NCBI GenBank assembly: GCA_030265395.1 | Contig: JARFYF010000051.1 | Span: 36,981,445 to 37,045,444 of the forward strand | From: Rhina ancylostomus | Lineage: Eukaryota | Length of the DNA: 64,000 nucleotides | Direction of reading: 5' to 3' | Part shown: positions 36,615-49,699 of the stretch, piece after piece | Layout of the letters: the number at the start of each line of letters is the position of its first letter | Position numbering within the stretch: the first letter of the stretch is position 1 | Made by a program: the position numbers and the translations under genes | The notes under the pieces: model-generated | Seen by the model: only the letters and a program-made list of their open reading frames with translations | What the model was told of the DNA's origin: nothing | The model's database searches: none

Positions 36615-38460
36615 TCATTGAGTGGTACAACAGCGAAACAGGCCCTTCGGCCCATTGCACCTGCACCAACCACAATGCTCATCTATTCTAATTCCACTTG
36701 CCTGCATTAATTCCATATCCCCCTCTGCCCTGCTCATTCGAATACCTGTCAAGATACTGAAGTGCTGTTACTGTTCCCGCCTCCAACATCTCCCCTGGCA
36801 GCTCATTCCAGATACCAAATACTGTGTGAAAGATTTACCCGTCAGATCTTCTTTAAACCTCCTCCCTCTCACCTTAAACATACCCACGATAGTGGACTCC
36901 AAAACTAGAGGGTAATAGATTCTGATTACCTACTTTTTCTATGCCTCTCATAATTTTATATACCTCTACCACGTCACCTCTCAGCTTCTTCACTCCAGGG
37001 GAAAAAATACCCAGCCTATCCAACCTCTCCTGATAACTCAAGCCCCCCAATCCAGACAACATCCTCATGAATCTTTTCTGCACCCTCCCTAGTTTAACCA
37101 CACACTTCCTTTAGTGTGGTGACCAGTACTGCACTCACACTCAAGGTGTGGCCTAAACAATGCTTTGTAGGGCTATAACATGTTGTCAAAATTCTTGTAC
37201 TCTTGTGCCTTGGCTGAAGGTGGCAGGCATGTCATATACTTTCCTCACCACTCTGTCTACCAGGGTTCCCATATTCAGGGAGCCGTGTACTTGTACCCTT
37301 AGGTCTCTCTGTTCTCCAACACTCCCCAGGACCCTGCTATTTACTGTGTAGGTCCTGCCCTGATTCAGCTTCACACTTGTCCAAGTTAAATTCTGTCTGC
37401 CATTCCCTTGCTCACTTTCCCAGTTGATCAATATCCTGCTGTAATCTCAGACAACAGGACCTTCTTCATTGTCCACTAGTGAACTGTATGCATTTTGGTA
37501 GAAGGAAAAAAGGCATAGACTACTTTCTAAGTGGGGAAATAATTGAGAAATCAGAGGTGCAAAGGGACTTAGGAGTTCTAGTGAATGATTCCCTAAAGGT
37601 TACCTTGCAGGCTGAGTCAGTAGCAAGGAAGGAAAATACAATGTTAGCATTTATTTTGAGAGGACTAGAACATAAAAGCAGGATATAATGCTGAGGCTTT
37701 AAGTTGTTGGTCAGACCAGATTAGGAGTATTGTAAGCAGTTTTGGGCCCTATATCCAAGGTTGTGCTGGTGTTGGAAAGGGTCCAGAGGAGGTTTATGAG
37801 AATGATCCCGGAGATGAAAGGGTATGAGGTACATTTGTTGGCTCTGGGCCTGTATTTGCTGGAGTTTAGAAGGATGAGGAGGGATCTCATTGAAACCTAC
37901 CAAATATTGAAAGGCCTGGATAGGGAGGATGTGGAGAGGATGTTTCCAGTAGTGGGAGAGTCTAGGACCAGAGGGCACAGTCTCAGAATAGAAGGACGTC
38001 CCTTTAGAACAGAGATAAGGAAGTTCTTTAGCCAGAGTATGGTGAATCTGTGGAATTCATTGCCACAGACGGCTGTGGAGGCCAAGTCATTGGGTATATT
38101 TAAAGCAGAGATTGATAGGTTCTTGATTAGTAAGGGAGTCAAAGGTTACAGGGAGAAGGCAGGAGAATGGGGTTGAGAGGGAATAATAAAACAGCCACAA
38201 TCGAATGGTGGAGCAGACACAATGGGCCGAATGGCCTAATTCTGCTGCTATGTCTATGGTCTCACCACACTGCCAATTTTGGTGTCATCTGCAAATTCTA
38301 ATCATGCCATCTATCTTGTCAAAATCTTTAATGCATGACAAACAACAGAGGACCCAGTACTGATCACTACAGCACATCACTGGTCACAGGCCTCCAATGT
38401 GAATAACAATCCTCCGCTATCATCCTCTGCCCCCTACCAACAAGCCAATTTTGTGTTCCT
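36615..38460 (-). mobile_element. CR1 LINE (minus) carrying a nested plus-strand CR1 (37479-38262)
   Basis: The outer element breaks at …ttgtccacta| and resumes at |caccacactgccaattttggtgtcatctgcaaa (FADDTKIG reversed). The inner element gives ORF 37742-38176 (LERVQRRFMRMIP…TRGHSLRI…VNLWNSLP). Confidence 0.85.
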
Positions 38461-38881
38461 CTTTTCTCCATCCACCTCTCTCAATTACTCTCAAGTACAG
38501 ATAGGTTTCAGTCCCCGTCACTTCCAGTGCATTCCACACCTTCCCCCTTGATAGACAAAGGTTTCTCAAAATTCTTTTCTTAAACCAAGTATATTTAATC
38601 AAATCTTATATCTTCTGAACTCAAATGGTTTTCTCCCAGGCTCTTTTGAAGTGTAAATTCATATACCCATCCAAATCCACATTGCATTTGACACTTCTAA
38701 TTTTTACTGGTTTTCAGTTTATTGGTCCTAACCAGCTACTTTTTACCATGGGGATCCAGCCCCTTAATGTCACCGCCTCCTAGACGGATGACCTAAGAAC
38801 CACCTGCTTTTTCACAAAAGGTCACAAACTTGAAATTGTTTAACATGCTGCTCTATTAGATTCAGTAAAGCATTTACTCAC

Positions 38882-39068
38882 AGCAAGGCCCATCAACATG
38901 TTTTCACCAACTGCAATCTGAATCCTTAGCCCAAACAGTGCATTCATTCCTCTTAATTTAAGTTTGTTCATCAGCTGGGTATGAAGTTCATACTCCATGA
39001 ACGGCAAGAGATTGCTTATGGCGGTGGCATTGGCCTCACCCTGAGTTTTCTTCTTTTGACGACACAGT
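38882..39068 (-). CDS. C2CD5: C2CD5 exon (LCRQKKKTQGEANATAISNLLPFMEYELHTQLMNKLKLRGMNALFGLRIQIAVGENMLMGLA)
   Basis: 187 nt, tag|A…GCT|gtgagt; follows an 80-nt intron. Confidence 0.96.
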
Positions 39069-39148
39069 CTAAATCACAAAGACAAACAAGTGTCAGTATA
39101 TCAGAATACAATCTCGTCACAGTAACAGTGAAACTAAAGTGGCTTTAC

Positions 39149-39340
39149 CTAGCTTGGATCAAGCAGCCTTTTCCAGTTACTGCCGCTTCCAATGGAGGTT
39201 CAATTGTTGTGAAGAGAACGTCTGGAACCTTCTGCTTCCGACAAACATAACAATATGTGAGGTGTGCAGGGAATGGCATATTTAACTCATCATAAGGTAT
39301 ATGACAGAAACTGCAGCCCAGAGATGATGCATCATCCAAT
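39149..39340 (-). CDS. C2CD5: C2CD5 exon (LDDASSLGCSFCHIPYDELNMPFPAHLTYCYVCRKQKVPDVLFTTIEPPLEAAVTGKGCLIQAR)
   Basis: 192 nt, cag|A…AG|gtaaag; overlaps track ORF 39145-39357. Confidence 0.96.
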
Positions 39341-39508
39341 CTGGAAAAAGGGGACACATTCTAATGAGATTTTAAACTTCCAAAACATCAGTCATGATCA
39401 ACTTTTCCAAATGTTTGGAAAAAAGCATACATAGTTCAAGAATTTAAAATCTAGTTTACACAACTTTTACTTGTGACTTTTAACTTTTTGCTGGCAACTT
39501 CCTATAGC

Positions 39509-40563
39509 TTAAAAGAAAATAGGTTAAGCTTACTAACCTAGATATTTCCATCTACAGCAATCCACAAGGATAAAACATTTTATACAGTAATGCATCATAC
39601 AAAAAAATTCTGTTACTGCTGTCAACAGAATGCATCATGAAAGAAATTAGAACCCCACTTCCTTTTTGAAAATTATTGTACAAATGCTCTAGACAGATAA
39701 ATTGACTTATTACTTGGGACATCCAGAAAGAAAGGGGCTTAACCAAGCATTATTTTGATTGCTTACATAAGCCATCATGATCTTTGATAATTCATCATTG
39801 AAATTACACCTTGGTTTGTCTTTTGTGAGTTTTTAAATCAAATGCAAGACAATTTCTCCAGTTAGAAAGTGGAAAAATCGGCATGTAATATTAGATAATT
39901 AAATATGGTTAGTATTTTAGATAGTTACCTTGATGCAAGCTGTTAGGTAACAACAACCGCATTTCAATTTCTTGCCAAATCGATGCCAAATTTCAAACTT
40001 TGTTAGTAGAAATGAATTGTTTGGACCTGCCCTCCACTGTAATAGTTTAACCTACCCTAATAGAGAAGCACTATCCTGGCACTGAAGAAAAAAATCAAAC
40101 TCTCCCTTCTCTGACCCTGTGGAAAAGAAGCTAGGCTGCCTTGACAACCTGTGTTCACTACAGCCTTCCATGCTGCAGTCTTGAAGCATCTTTGGATTCA
40201 GCACAGCCGCAGTGCCTGAAGCAGACAAGATACAGACTTCCTCACTGTGGAAAATAAATTGACAAAAAAATTATTGGGATGTTGCCTTAAACAAAAAATT
40301 GCATAGTAAGTATTCCTTAACACTGTTCCACATACTGTGGCCCACAGAAAGATATACATAGCTTCATTTAAAAAAAAAGTGGGATGAACCTATTATTAAA
40401 GGCAATGTAGAACAAGATGTCCACACTTTAAGTTTGATACTGTCAATATTAAAAGAAAACAGGTTAAGCTTACTAACCTAGACCATCTACAACAATCCAA
40501 AAGGATAAAACACATTTAAGACAGTAATCAATCATACAAAAAAAAATTTTGTTACTGATGTCA
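39509..40563. repeat. ~115-nt direct repeat (39509-39624 and 40449-40563)
   Basis: Both copies read TTAAAAGAAAA(T/C)AGGTTAAGCTTACTAACCTAGA…CCATCTACA…AAGGATAAAACA…CAGTAAT…ATCATACAAAAAAA…TGTTACTG.TGTCA. Confidence 0.85.
40149..40244 (-). CDS. C2CD5: C2CD5 exon (EEVCILSASGTAAVLNPKMLQDCSMEGCSEHR)
   Basis: 96 nt, cag|T…CACAG|gttgtc (weak donor; an alternative in-frame donor would end the exon at 40056). Confidence 0.92.
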
Positions 40564-40965
40564 TCTTATGGGCACCTTAATATGCTAGTGATAAGGTACT
40601 GTCAATGCCCTGGATGATATTTTTTTGGTTGTTCCATTAGTAAGGCATCAACTCCACTCACTGAAATCCAAGGTGCTACAACTTACTTTTAACGTGGACA
40701 AATAGTTTAGCTATTCATTGCCTGATGTGGCTGGACTACATAGGCACAACTGTCCAGTTTCTTGTCAAAACTGTTCACTGCTCCAGAGTCATCTTGCTAT
40801 TTCTCTTGAATGCACACCATATTCTTAAATATCCTCCTCCCTCAAGGCACAAGCTGCTGTGATTTTTATTAATGTCGCTAAAATTGAGACCATCTTTTAA
40901 ACTGCCTTTCTCTTAGCCCATCAAGCAAAACATCCCCACCTATGAACTCAAATCTTCTACTAGTT

Positions 40966-41449
40966 CAGTGGTGCCTAACTTTTTCTTGCAATGAGGGCCA
41001 GACTCACTTCTGAGGTCACTTAAGGGTAGGATTCAGGTCTTGTACAATTTTTGAATTGAGTTAATTTAAATTATTTAATTGTTAACAAATGCATTAATTG
41101 CTTCTTCTCGTCTCTGCAAATATTTTAGTTATTCTTGCTTTAAAAAGAAATGGTTAATAATTCAAACATTTCACAGATATTCAGTTTTGATAGCTAGGCC
41201 TCAGAGTGAGGCTTAGCCAGCTACGAACGCAAGACATTTATTGTGGTGGAGCTTGCACTCCAGAAGGAGGGCCCTGCATTGCACAGGACATTGCCAATCA
41301 AGAGCTGGCTTCAGGGCCCCTGTCACAGCTGTGGGTGTGTAGGAGTGGATGGACACTGGCAGTCCACCACTCCCTCAAAGGGCCAGATCAAACTGTATGG
41401 TGTATTGCAGTATAGATGTGGTTCATGAGCTATGCATTGTGCCTTGCTG
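40966..41449. mobile_element. Non-autonomous hAT (Charlie-like) DNA transposon, decayed
   Basis: Left end CAGTGGTGCCTAACTTTTT; subterminal GGGCCAGA at both ends; 8-bp flanks TACTAGTT and CTCTAGGC share the CTAG core of Charlie-type target sites. Confidence 0.5.
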
Positions 41450-41984
41450 CTCTAGGCCTTTCAGGTCAGCTTCTCCACAAGATCCATCCCCCTTTGCCTC
41501 AATCTTTCTCCTAACCAGCTTCTGACCAGATGGCTTCCCTTCCTGGATCCTGCTTGAGCGAATATTGTTAACTATTCCTCCTGTGCAGATACCCTTGATG
41601 ACTTTTCCCACCAGATCTGTCATCATTACACCCCTTTCCTAAAACCCTTACTTTTCTTTCCAGCTTCACCCACCTTTCCTCTCCAAAGATGCCATTAACT
41701 CTAAAAGCATACCAACTTTTCCCACGACCACCTGTACCAGCTTAACACTCTGGCCACACTCCAAATGACATTGTACCTGACAGACCTTTTAAACTTTATC
41801 AACTAGGCTACAGCAATTGGCATGACTGAAGCAGCATCTGACACAAGCGAAATAGCACTGTCCTCCAATGTCTTCTCTTGCCCAATGTCTTTCCTTCCTT
41901 CCAGCTAGCTGAGATTGCTCTCCTTTCTTATCTACCTAGTTAAAGCTAGACAAATCACCTGAAATGGCTTCTCTGCCTGCTCAC

Positions 41985-42680
41985 AAGACAAAGGAGCAGA
42001 AGTAGGCCATTCGGCCCATCGAGTCTGCTCCATGAGCTAAACTAATACTGTTCCTATCTAACCCCAATTTCTGGCCTTATCCCCATAACCCTTGATACCT
42101 TGACTAATTAGATACCTTATCATTCTCCTCCTTAAATGCCCCCAATGATCGGGCCTCCACAGCTGTATGCGGTGAAGAATTCCATAATTTCACTACCCTC
42201 TAGCTAAAGAAATTTTTCCTCATTTCTGTTTTAAACGGGTACCCTCTCATTCTAAGATTGTGCCATCTAGTCCTGGACTCACCTACCAGGGAAACAGCTA
42301 CTCTGTCCAGTCCTTTCAACATTCTAAATGTTTCTATGAGGTCCCTTCTCATTTTTTTGTATTCCAATGAATACAGTCCAAGAGCTGACAAATGCTCATC
42401 ATAAGTAAGCCCTTTCACTCTGGGAATCATCCTCTTAAATCTTTTCTGTACCCTCTCCAACATCAGCACATCCTTCCTAAGGGGCCCAAAACTGCGCATA
42501 GTACTCCAAATGAGGCCTCACCAGTGCCCAATAGAGCCTCATCAACACTTCCTTGCTTTAATACCTCTCGAAATGAATGCTAACATAGCATTCGCTTTCT
42601 TTACCGCCGATCCGACCTGATGGTTAACCTTTAGTGTATCTTGCACGAGTACCCCCAAGTCCCTTTGCACTCCTGCACTG
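41985..42680 (-). mobile_element. CR1 LINE 3' fragment (relatively young)
   Basis: ORFs 42200-42499 and 42542-42751 (VQRDLGVLV…KKANAMLAFISRG; LERVQKRFKRMIP). Confidence 0.88.
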
Positions 42681-43160
42681 GAGAACCCCAGCAAGGTCTT
42701 TTGGTACATTGGAAAGCACGTCAAGTTACATCCGTACATTGACATCGTCAATATCCAGTTCTACCTCATTGCCACTTCTCTCAGCCTCTCCATTAGCATT
42801 GTGACAACAAAGGCAAATCTGGCACACAGACATTTTTCTCCGACTAAATATTATGCAACTGTGTTCTGATGAAGGGCTACTGCCCAAGAATATTAAATCC
42901 GTTTCTCTCCCCAAAGATGCTGCCTGACCTGCAGATTATCTCCACCCTTTTCTGTTTTTATTTCAGACTTCCAACATCTGCAAATTTTTTTGTTTTTCAA
43001 TTAGGCAACCATCCATTCACCTCCATAAACACCATTCCTGTGCTCTGAGTTCATCTCTCACCCTGGCCATTACCCAAGTTTGAATCTTGACTACTGCATG
43101 AACATTTACATACGTATGTACATTAAAATGTTCCATGTTTTTCAATTTTACTTCAAAATT

Positions 43161-44142
43161 GGCCTGGATTTTTGTAGTCAACGCTTAAACAGCATTGTTC
43201 CCTGTTGATCGCCAAAAAGCAATTCACAAAGATCTTGTGATCTCTGTAAAATGGACTTCCCCTTTTGCCACGTCAGTTGCTGTCAAACATCATTTCAAAA
43301 GGATCAAAAGGCCTCCAGCAACAGTGACATTATCAAGCTGGTTGAGTAACCAATGACGTGGAAGGATTCTCCGTGATAGCAAACTAGAAATAAAAAGCAC
43401 AGATTTTTAAAACAGACATCTCATATTGTGTGTAACAAAGAATGGAATACGCACGCAAGAAATGGGTAGAAACTCAAGTATCTTAACCACTTTAAAAAAA
43501 GAGAGAAATCTGTGATGTTTTGAAATACTTCTCAGAATTACAATCATTTTGCACAAGGGTTATTGGGTTTGTTAAGTGGTAATTATGGATAAGTATGCCA
43601 TTAATAACAAATAAAACCTTTTGGTAATAAATTCAAATTTTCATCAATTCCCTATTTCTAAAAATAATACTAATAATACAGTTGTCAAACAGCATATATA
43701 CATGGATGGAACAGGAAAATTTGTTTTCACCAGTGGGAGAATCTCGAACAAGGGAACATAGTTTGAAGTTAAGGGCTAGTCATTTAATACCAAGGGACAT
43801 AGAAACTTCTCACAGAGGGTAGCAAATATCTGCATTGGAGAGCTGTGCAGACTAGCTCTTTAGAAGTACTTAAAGTGGAGGTAGATAACTTTTTAAAAGA
43901 TTGAGAGCCATGGGGATCTGGTACAGAGGAGTTGAGACCTGGAGTAGATCAGTCATATTCATATTGAACGGTGGGGCAGGTATGAAAGGCCAGGTGGCCT
44001 ACTCCTGCTCCTATTTTCTTGTGTACTGATACAAATTCTGGATTTCTGTATTTAAATGCACATACGCACACTTTAGAAGTTGTTGTCAGTTTCATGAGAT
44101 ACTGACAGTTTCTTTACTACTACAACCACAAAAATCCAGGCT
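43161..44142. mobile_element. TIR-bounded non-autonomous element (PIF/Harbinger-like) containing a CR1 3' end (~43700-44030)
   Basis: Left end GGCCTGGATTTTTGTAGT; right end reverse-complements to AGCCTGGATTTTTGTGGT; ATT flanks both ends. Confidence 0.55.
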
Positions 44143-44257
44143 ATTAAATATAGCAACAGCATAATTAAAATAAATATAACCAAGGTATAAAATTAGACTG
44201 CAAATGATTCCAAACTTCTACACCAGTGTGAGGATACACAATCATTTTCACACTCAC

Positions 44258-44372
44258 CAGATGCTAGTTGATTCACTGTATCCAACAACTGCATGGCATC
44301 CAAGAGCCTTGCCATGCGACTTGATTTCTTGTCGGATTTCTGCCCACCAAGCATCTCGAGTTTCAGGTTCAT
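44258..44372 (-). CDS. C2CD5: C2CD5 exon (DEPETRDAWWAEIRQEIKSHGKALGCHAVVGYSESTSIC)
   Basis: 115 nt, tag|AT…TG|gtgagt, phase 1 to 2. Confidence 0.96.
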
Positions 44373-47300
44373 CTAAAGATGGAAAGCAGAAAGAAGAAAT
44401 CAATAGTCAAGTAAAAGGATAGTAATCCAATGCAAGGCTGAACTACATAAATCCAAATAATTCCACTGCCTCACCCTCGTGGTACTTTTCACAAGGTTTG
44501 TGTACCAATAAGATGTGAGTATGATGACTGAAAAACACTGAGCAAAATGGTATAAACTCCAGATGTTGATGGAACACACAAAAAAAATCACTAATGATGT
44601 CCAGGAAGCTGCTGGATTCTCATTAAAACCCAAAACATTCATTAACATTCCACAGAGGAAACCTGTTGAGTGTGAAATTCAGCTTTGACCATTAGCACTG
44701 AGTTTTTTGGGTATTGGTTGTACTCACCACCACACATTCAATTCCATTGACTTCAATTCTGATGTCAATAGAACCAAATGCGCAACGGATGGGTACAACT
44801 GGAGCCAATGCTGTTGCATTGGTTTAGAACTGCAATCAAAGAGATGAAATTTTTCTACAATTCCAGCTTCACACAGAGGTAATTGATTCAAAAATCCTCA
44901 CTGAAGAGGGCTACCAGGCTAGGTATAGCAAATCATTAGCCATTCAGAAGGGTGGCAGATAACTGCCTTCTCAAGGCAATAAAAAGTAGGCAATAACACA
45001 GGTCTTGCCAAAAATGTCTGCATCTTCAGGATAAATATTTGAAAATCGTTCTGGCTTTTAATTTATCCTTTGTTTTCACTAGCTCAAAACCTTGGCTCAT
45101 TTTACACAACGTCAGCCAGTAATTTAATCACATGAACAGCAGAGGCTTAAAAAAAAGGCTCTCACTACCATACTTTAAGAGCAATTAAGGTTGGCCAATA
45201 AACACAGACTTTTCCAAAGATATCCGCAAACCAAAATAAATAATTAAAAAAAAATTAAAAAGGGACTTCAGTGACTTACTGTTTTAGACTATTCTGGCTG
45301 TTTAAAGTTACTACTATAAATTAATTATCTGCTAGAATAACACAGGGAAATTTGTAAGTAAGGGACTATGCCACAGGCAGAATAGGACAGCAAATAACAG
45401 TGGAGATGACACCAAGCTTGGCAAAGTAATACTTCTCAATAACATTCTCTGTTACCACATAGAACATTTGATTCAAAAGGATTTCTCTTGGGAAGGAGTT
45501 AAAAAGATACTTCACATCAGGAGAACTGGATGGGTTTTGTTTTTGAGCTCTTTACACAGATTTCAGTGTCAAACTGCTGAAATTACTAAGATGCTGTTCT
45601 CTGACACAGGAAATGTCTCCCACAGCCTCAAAATTGTATATCTGCCTTTTCATGCTGCCTATCCAGCATGAAAAATAAGTACCACTGTAAGGTTCCAGGT
45701 TATGATAACAGTAATGAATTTCAATTATGCCAATAATTAATTGACTTACAATGCATGTTGGCAGCCCAAATTTCAACAATGTCTATTCAGTTGTTTCTCC
45801 CCCCCAATAAGAAGAAGAATCAGTTTGCAAAGTATATCCAATTACCATTTGAAAATTACCAATGAATATGCTTTCACCAGCCTTCTGAGAGTGCATTCCA
45901 GATCACCTGGAACAATTGCATACGTGCAAAAAAAAATCATAGTTTTGTTTTGCAGATTATCAAAGATCTCTGTCATCTAGTTACTCATGCTCATGCCTGT
46001 GGAATAGTTCTGCCCTTTGCAGAATTGAACATTTCTTTCAAGTCTTTTCTTAAATTTCTCAGCCCAACCTCAGCTTCACTCATTATCTCACATGACTNNN
46101 NNNNNNNNNNNNNNNNNNNNNNNNNNNNNNNNNNNNNNNNNNNNNNNNNNNNNNNNNNNNNNNNNNNNNNNNNNNNNNNNNNNNNNNNNNNNNNNNNACA
46201 TGACTGATATCCTTAACCTCTGGTATCATGCTAGTAATAAAAAAACAATTTTCATTTACCATACTATAAATCACCTATGCACCCTCAAGTTTTATTAACC
46301 CTTTTTAACAATTATTTAAATATTAAACTTGATTATTAGGGACACTTAGAGACAGTTAAAGACTAACAGCATGAGCAGTCAGAGACTATTAGGATGGGCA
46401 ATCCAATAGCAGAGTCGTAGTTTCCACCTTCTGCAGTTACTGCTTGCAACCTGCTCCATTTGGTGGAAGGACCACAACAGCAACTACAGGACCACATTCG
46501 GAGCTGCACAGCCTCAAAAGGCAAGGGTGACCAAGGGCTAGCCCAGGAGGAGGAATGGGCTCGATGACGAAGTTGGGTAGGGTTGTGCTGAGTAACCACA
46601 GCACATATGCTCCATCTCAATAACAAGCCTACATACTGCTCAGTCCAACCAGTCCACACTGACACTTGTGTTTCCTGTAGGCAATGGTTCTAACGACATC
46701 TCCTAATACTCCCTAATGACTCTTTCCTAATACTACTCCCTTTGTTCCACTGCACATTTAACATTCTTAAACATAACAAGTCTTTGCTTCAATCACGGAC
46801 TCCAAAAATGTATCCCAAAGGCGTGGCATGCTTCCCTGGTTGACTGTACTAAATCTTACATTTAATTGTGTACCAATGTTATCAGAAGTCTATCTTCATT
46901 TATTATCTAATCTTTAGTGCCAGACTCTGATAAATTTGAAAACCTCACAGATGTTTTAATTCCATCTGTTCTGACAAATTGGCCCAATAATCTTTAAACA
47001 GTTAATCTTCACTTCATGGGTTTAAGTACATTTGCTCCAAATTATACACAAATTTTGTAGTTTAAGCACCCTCTAGTGACAATTAGTAGCAGTACTGTAG
47101 CAGGGTTCCTCTATTTTCTTTTACAATCCAANNNNNNNNNNNNNNNNNNNNNNNNNNNNNNNNNNNNNNNNNNNNNNNNNNNNNNNNNNNNNNNNNNNNN
47201 NNNNNNNNNNNNNNNNNNNNNNNNNNNNNNNNNNNNNNNNNNNNNNNNNNNNNNNNNNNNNNNNNNNNNNNNNNNNNNNNNNNNNNNNNNNNNNNNNNNN

Positions 47301-48109
47301 NNNNNNNNNNNNNNNNNNNNNNNNNNNNNNNNNNNNNNNNNNNNNNNNNNNNNNNNNNNNNNNNNNNNNNNNNNNNNNNNNNNNNNNNNNNNNNNNNNNN
47401 NNNNNNNNNNNNNNNNNNNNNNNNNNNNNNNNNNNNNNNNNNNNNNNNNNNNNNNNNNNNNNNNNNNNNNNNNNNNNNNNNNNNNNNNNNNNNNNNNNNN
47501 NNNNNNNNNNNNNNNNNNNNNNNNNNNNNNNNNNNNNNNNNNNNNNNNNNNNNNNNNNNNNNNNNNNNNNNNNNNNNNNNNNNNNNNNNNNNNNNNNNNN
47601 NNNNNNNNNNNNNNNNNNNNNNNNNNNNNNNNNNNNNNNNNNNNNNNNNNNNNNNNNNNNNNNNNNNNNNNNNNNNNNNNNNNNNNNNNNNNNNNNNNNN
47701 NNNNNNNNNNNNNNNNNNNNNNNNNNNNNNNNNNNNNTGATTAAAATAACTATATCAAATTATTTTTAAACTTCAGTTACATTGAACCTCATATCATTTT
47801 TACAAGCAAATCATTTTAAAGCTGCCAATTAAACTGCAATGTTGACCCATCCAACATCAATGGCATCAAGAATTAAGGTAAAGGTTACCAACAATTAACA
47901 GGACCACAAAAATGTGTGTTTTTTTAAAAAAGTCAATATATACTTTTAAATTCTTGTCCAATGTCAGGTTCAAAGAAAAGATACATGCAACATTTTCACA
48001 GAAATCAGCAAAATAGTTTAAAGCTAAATAAATGCAAATTTTTTATGAACCAACATATAATGTATTTTAAAACCTTAAGCCCTCTATGAATATTCCAAAG
48101 GAAGTTCCT

Positions 48110-48360
48110 TTAACAATGAGATAACTGGCTAGATTCTCTTTTTGTACTGTTGGTTGAGGAAAAAAATGTTGGTCAAAGCAGCAGGTGAAATCTCCTGCTC
48201 CTCTTCCATCAATGCCATGGAACATTTTACATCCAGTCAACGTGGCAGGTGGTGTAACACCTCATCTGAAAGACAACACATTCCAACTGTGCAGTACTGT
48301 CTTGCTGATACCTGTATTCAACCAATATTTGGGACTCAGGCATCTACAGTGGGAATTTAG
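48110..48360 (-). mobile_element. DeuSINE remnant
   Basis: gccatggaacattttacatcca…gtgtaacacctcatctgaaagacaacac…ctgtgcag, homologous to 11340-11420. Confidence 0.55.
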
Positions 48361-49699
48361 GTGGCAATGCTCATTATCATTAAAAGATAATATCACATGC
48401 TTATTTGGATTCAATTGCAATGTTTCCAAATATGAACCATAATTATATTTCATATTTTCACATCCTGCACATTCAAGTTGTCATGCAATATGGACTGTGT
48501 TTTGGATTAATCCAAAATATAAACCATCTTTGCTTTTGTCATTTCATTAGTCATTTATTTTAAAAGATATGGCATCAAAGAGGATTATACACCCAATTCA
48601 TCCATCTTGGCCACAGGGCTATCAAAGGCTAACCTTTTTCTCCAGCCTTTGGATGTTAGGCTCGTTTTTTTATGGCATTTCAGGTGGACAAGCAACTATA
48701 TATATTTTTGCCACACAATGAGAGTTTCTGCCTTTTCTTTCACATTAGGCATTAAGCTCCGGATCCCCACCACACTTTGTTTTAAAACAAACATCCTTTT
48801 CAGCAAAAAGACCAGAGATTGATTTTAGTTTCAATATCTACTTAGCAAACCAAGTACTATTTTGAAAACCCTAACTGCAACATGAAGATAAAGAAAATAA
48901 CTTCCATTTATTAACCTATCAAAGTCTTACTATTATTTTTAAATACCATAATTCCTCCTCAAATTGTTCACCAAATTATTTTTCCCTCCAAACAAAATGG
49001 AAAATCAATATTTCTTCTATCTTACTGATTTCTAAGTTAGACCCACAACCCAAGTCATTTGATGCGGTACAAGTTAAAGAGAAGCTTCTCATGATGTTCA
49101 CATTTAAAGTTAGGTCACTACATATTTTCAGCAAGTATTCATCTTTAAAAAGGAGATCTGCAGAATAAGCTGCATTTGGCAATGTTGCAAATAAAGCCCA
49201 TTCCAATCAGTGAAGAGTGGCCAGTGTCGTTACTGTTATATCCTCATATTTATTACATTAAGAGCACGATAAGAATGTGAAGTTTTGAGGAGAATTATTA
49301 AATAAGGCAATCCAAGAAATATGGGAAATGGGTTTATATCCGCAAACTCAAAGAGCACACTTAAATAGATATATTAAATATATCCTTTTACTGACCAAAA
49401 TTCTAAAACAGAACCTGCAACATGAAGAAGTAAAATTCTTCAAAAAAACTCCATGTATCAAACATATGCCAACATCTTTTATCATATCAACATCCTTCCA
49501 TAGTTATAAATACAGAGTCTCCATTCCTCCCAGTCTGGAGCAGCATACCTTACCCACAAGTATTCCAATCATTTTAATAAATTATTCATTCTTATTCAAA
49601 TGTAAATAACCTCATCTCTGTCAGTCATTATCCAAGTGCAAGTTTGGCCTTGCTTAGGCTATTATGCCTAGAAATTCATCCCTGGTTGATAGAACTAAA

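Noticed and set aside
47076-47744. 222-aa ORF in the track
   Set aside because: It consists almost entirely of N gap; the same applies to the other X-rich ORFs.
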